Positions 54,605 through 64,000 of a DNA stretch of 64,000 nt are shown piece after piece; position 1 is the first letter of the stretch, and every line of letters starts with the position of its first letter. This DNA is from Paramecium tetraurelia (Eukaryota). The notes below the pieces were generated by a model, which worked only from the letters and a program-made list of their open reading frames with translations, was not told where the DNA came from and searched no databases. The stretch is taken from positions 496,001-560,000 of the forward strand of contig CT868540.1 of NCBI GenBank assembly GCA_000165425.1. The letters are read 5' to 3'. Both the position numbers and the translations under genes were made by a program.

Positions 54605-55224
54605 ATGAAAAGAATTTTAGGTTTATATAAATTTGGATCAGGTGGACATGGCCATCACCATATTAAATTAAACACAGTCTAAAATTGGATTTCAAACGAG
54701 AGTGGCAAGCTAGTTTGCATCACTGGCTTTACTGATCTCCATGATCATCCTCACCATGACAATACAAATCCATATCAACATCTAGTGGATGCTCCCTTTT
54801 TCAGGTTTCAAATACTCTTCATATTCATAGTTTCGAGAGATTCTATTGGTCTGATCCCTATTTCCATGCTGATGAAACTGATCCCTTAGCAAATTAACCT
54901 CATGGCTATTTAGTAATGGATGATGTAAATTTTTATTTGTATCTCTAAGCCCCTTACTTAATAAAATAATGTCGAGTTACCACTTTATGAATTGATTTTT
55001 GTATTTGCTGGAGCACTTGTATGAATAATAACCTTAATCTGTAGGGTCTAATCGTTTTGTATGGACACTCCAATTTCCTTTATTAAAGCAGAGGTGAACA
55101 ATTCCTACAGACACACATCACTAGGGAACTCTTGGAAGAAGAAATGAGAAAGATTAGAGACGAGACATTTGAATTAGAGCAAAGAAAATTAAAACTGCAA
55201 GAAAAATTGGGTTAAAACTCTTGA
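54605..55224 (+). CDS. Probable mitochondrial complex I subunit NDUFB11 (ESSS family)
   Basis: Short presequence plus His-rich GGHGHHH, QPHGYL...VELPLY followed by one TM helix (LIFVFAGALGLIVLYG) and a C-terminal helix; three introns. Gene certain, product tentative. Confidence 0.5.
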
Positions 55225-55674
55225 CCATTAAAATAAATCATATTCATATAATACATCAACAAAAGTTAGAGTAAATAATCCTTAAATAACCATTCGAGAA
55301 TTTATTTACATTATTTTATCCCTTTCAGTTTTCAATTTAAATTTATTCAAAATTAACATAATATTACTTACTAACTTTTTCTATTATACATCTATGTCTA
55401 TACTATTGACTTAATGTACTCAATTGAATGTTTTTAATTGACTTTATATATTGTTTCTCACATAATTCAGGATGTTACATTTTTCATATATATATAAAGA
55501 AGAGTAATTAGCGAATGTTTAATTAAAAGATCATTAATATGAGCAAAATTGGATAAATGAATAGAAACAAATTTGATTCGAATATATAGATCTATATAGA
55601 GAATCAGAGATTTTAAATTTTGAAAGCAAATACAATTTAATTTTTAAGATTAACATTTATAATTGTAATTATGT

Positions 55675-56309
55675 TCAAATGGTGATTACTTCAATTCCTT
55701 ATTTGGTAACAATCTTAACGATGAATTTATTTTAGGCAATCAGGAATCTGGTTTATAATTCTTTGATGCACTTCTTGATTATTTCAATTCCTTCTTCTTT
55801 AATTAGATTCTTATTATAATAATCAATTAAATACAGGTTTATATTAATTATCCAACAGACCCAATAGGAAATAGTTTGCATAGCCTTAAGCTCCTCTTGT
55901 GATCTTTTATAGGGATCCCAAATAATCAAGCCAATAAAGTGAAGGTGTGCCATCTGAATCAACTCCTCCTAATAAGCCATTGCATTAATGAGGACCATCT
56001 CTTGATCTGATGGCTTAAGCGTACATTGATCTTATTGAATCACTAAATCAAATACCTAACAAAATGAGCAGTTTCTTGGAGATTCATGTATCCGCCTGTT
56101 TTATATCTTATAAGACAATGATTCTTATGTACTATTTCCCCAAAAGAGTTTCTGTCAGCTCCTTCTCCTGAAATCCCAAAAATCTTATGATCATCAAGCT
56201 TAAGAATTTTGTCTTCGGTTTCCTTAATCTTTAGGATGCTGTGGGCAATGCTGCCATCGCATGCGATAATTACAAAATCACCACCTTATAAGCCGAAAAT
56301 TGAATCCAT
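55675..56309 (-). CDS. PSMB2: 20S proteasome subunit beta type-2 (beta4)
   Basis: MDSIFGLQGGDFVIIACD...EDKILKL...SGEGADR, LLGGVD..GTPSLYWLDYLGSL, GYANYF.LGLLD, KKCIKELQTRF. Confidence 0.93.
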
Positions 56310-56400
56310 ATTAATTTAAATATAATTATACCGATGTTAGGAAATTTTAGATTATATATACATCATATCTTGAAATGCTCATTACAAATATTATAAATAA

Positions 56401-57475
<1,075 letters not shown>

Positions 57476-57568
57476 GATATCATCATAAATATTAAAATAT
57501 ATTAAATGTGCTAGGATAAAGTAGAGTCTATAAAACTCACATTTTTTAGAATATTAAATTATTTATTA

Positions 57569-58759
57569 ATGATCTAAAATGTTTAAAACAAACCTAAACT
57601 CTTAAATCAAATACCAGAATACATCCTAAACAATTAAGCCTTGAATAATGCAATAAGTTAGTTACCCAAACATTACAATTTTGAAATTCATAAGACAATC
57701 AGCAGAATTATTGAGACTCAAGAGAGACTGTAAAGACAAAACATCTTAATCAATTTGTAATTTCCAGAAGGACTATTATTATATTCTTGCATGATATCAG
57801 ATATCCTAACAACATTTACTGGTTGTGAAACCTTTATAAGTGGAGATGTTACATATGGTGCTTGTTGCATTGATGATTTGACCGCAGATGAAATGCAAGC
57901 TGATTACATAATTCATTATGGTCACAGTTGTTTGGTTCCAATTAATGAATGTGCTGTTAAAACCTTGTATGTTTTTGTGGAAATTAACATTGACACTAAA
58001 CACTTATTTGAAACAATCTAAAAGAATTTCACAGATAAGAATATCAAGTATTACTTAATGGGTACAATTCAATTTAATACTTATATCCACTTACTCAAGA
58101 AATAATTAGAGGAGGATGGTTATAAAATTGCAATTCCACAAGAAAAGCCTAGATCTTCAGGAGAAGTCTTGGGATGCACTTCCCCTAAATTAGAGGTATC
58201 TTAAGATAGTAGAAATATAGTCATCTTTGTATGTGATGGTAGATTTCATATGGAGTCAACTATGATTCAAAATCCATAATTTGAATTCTTCTAATATGAT
58301 CCATACACTTATAGACTTACTATAGAAAAGTACGATAATCCAAAAATGATGAATTTGAGATATTAATAAATTGTGCATTGCCAAAAAATATAACCGTAAT
58401 TGGTATGTATTATAATGAGTACACTTGGAAGACAGGGAAGCTCTTAGATTTTGTAGAGAATTGAAGAATTGTTGAAAAAACATTAGATAAAATATTTTAC
58501 TCTTTTGATTAGTGAAATCAATTTCGAACAACTAAATTAATTGAATGAAGTAGATGTCTTTATATAAATTGCTTGTCCAAGACTGTCAATTGATTGGGGA
58601 GTGCAATTTTAGAAACCATTGTTAACTCCATATGAAACTTATGTTATGTTGGGGGAGGCTGATTGGAAACAAATCTATCCTATGGATTACTATTCTAATA
58701 ATGGAGGGGCTTGGACTAACTACTATCACAAACAAAAAGTTAAATTAAACTATGAATGA
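57569..58759 (+). CDS. DPH1: Diphthamide biosynthesis protein 1
   Basis: [84 protein letters not shown]; 1191 nt intronless. Confidence 0.95.
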
Positions 58760-58779
58760 TTGATAATTTTTGTAATTTT

Positions 58780-61426
58780 ATGAATATTTAATTGGCACAA
58801 AAATTTGTTAATCAATGGAAAAGGTTTGTGGAGAGACGAAAGGAAGTTAGAGGCATTCTCATTGAATAATACAAATAGAGTTACATAAGAGTTCTTAATT
58901 CGTATAAGGATTTGAAGAGGCGAAGGTTTTAGTAATACATTATTAACAATGCATCGAATTTAATCTACAAGGCGTTGAAAATCAATTTATGGAAGGTCAA
59001 ACATCTGAGGCAATTTTTGAATCAGAATCAGGTTAAGCGATTCTATATTTTGAAATCATAAGAGCAAATATTTAAAAATGCTTTTAACTTACATGCCAAA
59101 GAAGTAAACATCAAAACCATTAGGTTGCATGCTTAAAATAATTGCCAGCATAAAAATCTTATACCGCTACTATTTCAAAGAATCAAATCTGCAGTCATAT
59201 TATTCAATTTTCACTCATTGAAGAAATCCTTTGGAGAAACTAATATTAATAGGGATGTAATAAAATATGAATTTCTTTATTTTTTTATTAAATATGTCAA
59301 GGTTAAATTGTCATAAAAGTAATTTGAATTAACTGCTCAGGAACTCTTGAGACATTAGTAAATGATCAAAAGAATAGATAAATTTTAGTAGGAAGAATAC
59401 AATTTAATAAAATATATTGAATTAGATAACCTTAAAGTTTTGAAGAAGATCTATCAATATAATTGTCAAAATAGAGATAGATAACTGCATATCTTTTTTG
59501 ATTTCTAATTAAGAGAAATAGCAGCTGTCTGCAGAATATAAAAGTATTTTAGATCAAAACAAAACATTGCTCAAAAGGGTATGAAATATGTTGCTATTAT
59601 GAAATTTATAAACCAATCCAGAGCTATTTATGTCATCTAAAGATGGTTCAGAAGAATCCGATGGTATCACAGAAATAACTTCTTTAAAGAAATATCTTTT
59701 TATGTTTCACAAATTCCAACACCAAATCTATATCTTGATATGCAAACCTATTAAAAAATAGAGGAAATTTTAGGAAATCAAAAACATTCCCTAAAATTCT
59801 TGGAATAATATCATACGGTATAATTATAATAATTTTAAGATTATGGCAGATAATGAAATTGTCAGATTATAGTTTAAATCTTAAATATCTGATGATTCAA
59901 TCTAGTCTACATATGCACAATCAGTAGCTTAATTAGATCATTTAAATATTGCTGTTATTCCTAAATGGCTTATACAAGAAATTCAAAAGGTACACATCAA
60001 TGAAGAAAAGATAATTGATTATAGGATAATTAAATAAGATTAAAACTCAACTAAGTGGAATTGCAGAAATAGAGATTACTTAGGTAAGCATAAAGAATCC
60101 TTGAAAGAACTTAAATACTATTAACAGGCTGATATTTATGGATTACTTCATTTCGGAGCATCTATCTCATTTGAATATATCAACAATAGAGATTACATCA
60201 AATTTACTTATGTTTCAACAAGCGAAGCAAAATACAGAGTCATAGCATTGGCTTTGATTACGTACAGATTCAAACTAAATGGAACAAAGATTCTTATGTT
60301 TAGTGATCATATTTGGGAGAGTCCAATTTAATAAAAAACTATATTTTTATATAAATACTATTAGAAAATTTAGAATGTTTATAAATTAGAAGTAACTGCT
60401 CAAGATACTTCTTAATTATGTGATAGAAAATAGAATTAAGTAATCTTATGCTTAAATAATTCGTAAGCAGATAAATTTAAATATGATTAATAAACCATCC
60501 AACTATAATTTTTTAATGAAAATTCTCGTTTAATTGAAAATTTCATTTGGATGTGTCCTACAAAATCAAATAAATTAAAACCATCAAAAAATAAAACTTC
60601 TTTGTAAATTAATTAAAATAGTTTAAAAAATAGTTCTCGTATGTAATAGGTAAACTCCTCTTTTAGTGATATTTAACAAGAATAATCAGTTATTAAAAAT
60701 AGTCACCAATAAAGATCTATTGATATATCTCCCTAATCTGGTATAATTGATGGCAGTAGTAAATCAACTTAGTTGCCTGTGAAATTTTCTATAATGTGTA
60801 TAGAAAATCCAGAAATTTAATTTTAGCCACCTAAATTTAAGAAAAGAACTGAACAATCCTATTAAGAATTTGCAATGTCAAGTAGATTTAGAACTCAAAA
60901 TAGTAGTTTGAAGAATTCAAAAATTAAAGAACAAATTGAGTCCTTAAATAATAGTGTAATTCAACCAAAGAAAAAACAATTTCTATTAGAAGATATACAT
61001 GAAAACATTGAATATTCTTCATTTAAATAAAAATACCTAGAGATGTCTTTAAATGAAAAAAAAGCAAAAATATAAAGAATAAAATAAAAGAATTAAGATG
61101 AAATGAGTTTCATTAGAGAATTTCATAATTTTTCTAATTTAATACAAAGATAAGAATAAAAGATAATTAATAGATAATTGAAAACTGCTCGAGCGAAAAC
61201 ATTAGAAAAATCTTCAAAAACCAATAGTGTAAAGTAGACAATGAAAAGCTAATCCATAACAAAAAGGGAATAATTTTAGGATGTTTCTATTGTTTTTCCT
61301 AAAATAGAACCAAAAAGTTCTAAAAAGCAAACTTTAAACTCAAGATTATCTAATTATCATAGATATGCTGTTTTTGCTGAAGAATTGTATGCTATTTCTA
61401 GCAACAATGAAACTTTAAAGCTTTGA
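58780..61426 (+). CDS. Large hypothetical protein with IQ-like calmodulin-binding motifs
   Basis: Long Q-rich frame with one intron near 59818-59839; AAVCRIQKYFRSKQ and AIYVIQRWFRRIRW. Confidence 0.7.
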
Positions 61427-61579
61427 CATATTTAAATTTATAATTATTGACTTTATTTTTAGATTTATTAAATTAAATTAATCTGTCTTTATACTTTGTA
61501 TCACAAAAATTTAAAACCTAAGGAATATATAAAAGGATAATTTATTAATAGATAAATTAAATATCTTTAAAACAGTAAG

Positions 61580-63276
61580 TCATTATTATTAATTCTATGT
61601 AAAGTTCTTTTGTTAAATTTTTAGTTTTTAATTCATTTCAGTAGCAGCAATAACTTAGTAGATATTCTTTTATTATTCAATCATTTTGATTTTCAAAACT
61701 CTATCGATTTTCTAGAATAAAGAAATCAATTACATTTCGACATAGATAACATTCAGCTTTGTTTTTCCATAAATCAATTGCACAATTATAGCAGACTCCT
61801 CCATGACCACATTACATAAATAATGAATTGGGCTCATTATCAAAACATATACAGCATGCATTTATAGATGATAATGAGACTGATCCAGGTTGATTGGCCT
61901 ATTAAAGTAACAATAGATAATATAAAGTACTTATTCAAATTCTTTTAAATTATTTTCTAATTCTGCATTACTCTGTTGGCCTTCACTCATCCCAATGTTA
62001 ATTAAAGAAGATAATTTGATATTTTCATATTCATTTTATTAAGGTCTTTATATTTATGACGATAAGGCCTTATGATGAGTTGGTTTTTTACTATGGAGTT
62101 AAACCTCTGACTTTTTATCAGCAAATAGATCATCAAATCCAAAGTAGGTTTTTGATATTCTCTTTACGACTTTTGGAATTTAGATGGGACGCTCTATTAC
62201 CTGACTATCCATTAAATCTTATTTTTTGGATTATTAAAGTTACTCTTCTCCCTATTAGGTTGGTAGAGTGTTTAATGGATTCACTGAATCACTTAAAGAT
62301 AGGTAAGACTATAAACTTAAAACTATATCTGGTTTAAATCTAACTGTAAAATAAGAAAATATAATTTAGTTGACTATTAGTATAATTCTTGCTGTGTCAA
62401 TGACATTTTTATAATTAATTACATTATAAAAATTTAGTATTATTATTGGGATTAAAAAAAGCATGAGAGCATTTGACATCATAAAAAATAAAATCCAGAA
62501 ATTAACGATAACTATTAATAAATGCAAATCTCAAACCTAAATTTTTCTGCCTACTACTTTGTTCTAAAATTATTTGTATTCCCAATCCCAAAATCACAAA
62601 AATACAATAAATCACTATTAATGCAGAAATCCCAAAAAGCATCCAAAACATCCACAATGTGTAGAGCCATTCTGTTTGAAAGTACCCTTCAAGTTTTAAG
62701 CACAAAAATATTGATGTTATCAATAAAGTAATGTTTCTGAAAACGTGATACATATTAATTTATGAAATTGATTCTTTAAAGTATAAATTTCCTTCATTAA
62801 TTTTTAAAATCATCCAAAGGAGTATATTAACTAAAGGAAGGATGTTTGAATATAATAACAAATCTCTTCTCCTTGATATCTAGTAAAAGTTAAGAATAAG
62901 TAAATAAGAACCTTCTACTAAAGTCGATAACAGACTAATTAAAATGTGTTTATCTATTCTAAATAACTTATAAAAAGTGTTATACATGCTGAATTGTAGA
63001 AATATTCGATAAAAATATAACTAATGGATCAATTGCAACAGCAATTTTGATTCGATACAATAAATAACAGATAGCAGATTGCCATCAAAATTCAACTCAA
63101 AGCTAAATAATAAGACTGCAATGACATAAAAAGAATTGGACAGCAATATTGAGCTCAATACTTAAATAGCTTATTCAAATCGAAACCTAAATATAAATAT
63201 GACATTACGTAGGCTGCAACTATGAGATGCTTTCGACAGTTTACGAACTTTATTAAGTACTTAAATCTCTTCTCAT
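61580..63276 (-). CDS. Multi-pass membrane protein with C-terminal RING-HC finger
   Basis: Several hydrophobic helices (e.g. LKLEGYFQTEWLYTLWMFWMLF, TMEM185-like) and CCICFDNEPNSLFMQCGHGGVCYNCAIDLWKNKAECYLCR. Confidence 0.85.
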
Positions 63277-63345
63277 TAGAATAGAAAGGTAAGAAAGAGT
63301 ATTATGATAAATAATTTAATGAAAAATATAGATGTCTATAAAGAA

Positions 63346-64000
63346 TCACAAGTTTTAATTAAACTTCCCTATAAGAGAACCAACTACAGTTTTGTTATTA
63401 TTAGGAGTATGGCTATTCGATTGATTTTTTTTAGGAGTATTTGATAAAACCTTTTTAGGGGTAGTAACTCTGGGAGGCTAAAATAAATTTATATTTTACA
63501 ATTATTGTATATGTTTTTCTTAACTTCGGAGTAATAACAGAGACTTAATTTTAATTTTATTCTTTAATTTTCTATTCAGTTTATTGTTTTCTATCGTTTA
63601 ATTATTGCTAAATCAGCATATCGATGCATTTGCCAACATATTAATTATAAGAATTAAAACTATCTGGTTTATTCACATTTTAAATTTAAGGAGTAGGTAT
63701 TATTGCAATATTCTCCTTAATTTATTGAGTTTAATTTTTCATTTCACGTTATTTTAAATTTTAATAAAATAATTTTAACCCTTCTTTACCAACCCATTAA
63801 AATGCAGGTTTCTTAGATGATGTCAAATGAGTTTTCTTAATTAATCCAATTGATTTTAAAACATTTGCAATATCATACAATCTTCTTACTTTTGTTTTTA
63901 ATTTATTTTGATCAACTTCATTTCCTAAATATTTAGCAGCTTCTTCCAATGTCCAAATTGATTTTTATTACATAAATAACTTAATAAACCCAGCTGATAG
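63346..64000 (-). CDS. Atypical E2F (E2F7/8, DEL-like) transcription factor; 3' part only
   Basis: [10 protein letters not shown]...TLEEAAKYL...[22 protein letters not shown]...KKPAFQWVG; the 5' part lies outside the window. Confidence 0.9.

Overview
This is very AT-rich, gene-dense eukaryotic DNA. It reads cleanly only with the ciliate nuclear code (table 6: TAA/TAG = Gln, TGA = sole stop) and tiny 20-33 nt GT..AG introns, which is the signature of a Paramecium macronuclear chromosome (species inferred, not proven). The supplied ORF track uses the standard code and is mostly fragments or antisense shadows. By manual translation I find about 40 protein genes and one tRNA-Thr(AGT). Recognisable genes include CFAP58, CEP19-like, WNK kinase, TTC1-like, CDPK, LETM1-like, NME7, MORN, UTP6, FHA/RING-CH, ZC3H15/TMA46, cNMP-binding, BTB-WD40, Rab2-like, NDUFB11-like, proteasome beta-4, AGC kinase, DPH1, TM-RING and an atypical E2F. 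Several gene-poor gaps look like decayed genes. I see no CRISPR array, rRNA, telomere repeat or intact transposon, and no clear novel multi-gene system. The most interesting items are protein-level: a catalytically dead class-I glutamine-amidotransferase fold, a degenerate PARP-like protein, a lipid-anchored SILK/RVxF PP1-docking protein, a secreted protein with an exact 62-aa Cys-stapled repeat, and a cluster of +1 frameshifts in CFAP58 and its neighbour. All coordinates are hand-derived and include introns; homology calls are from motif recognition, not database searches.
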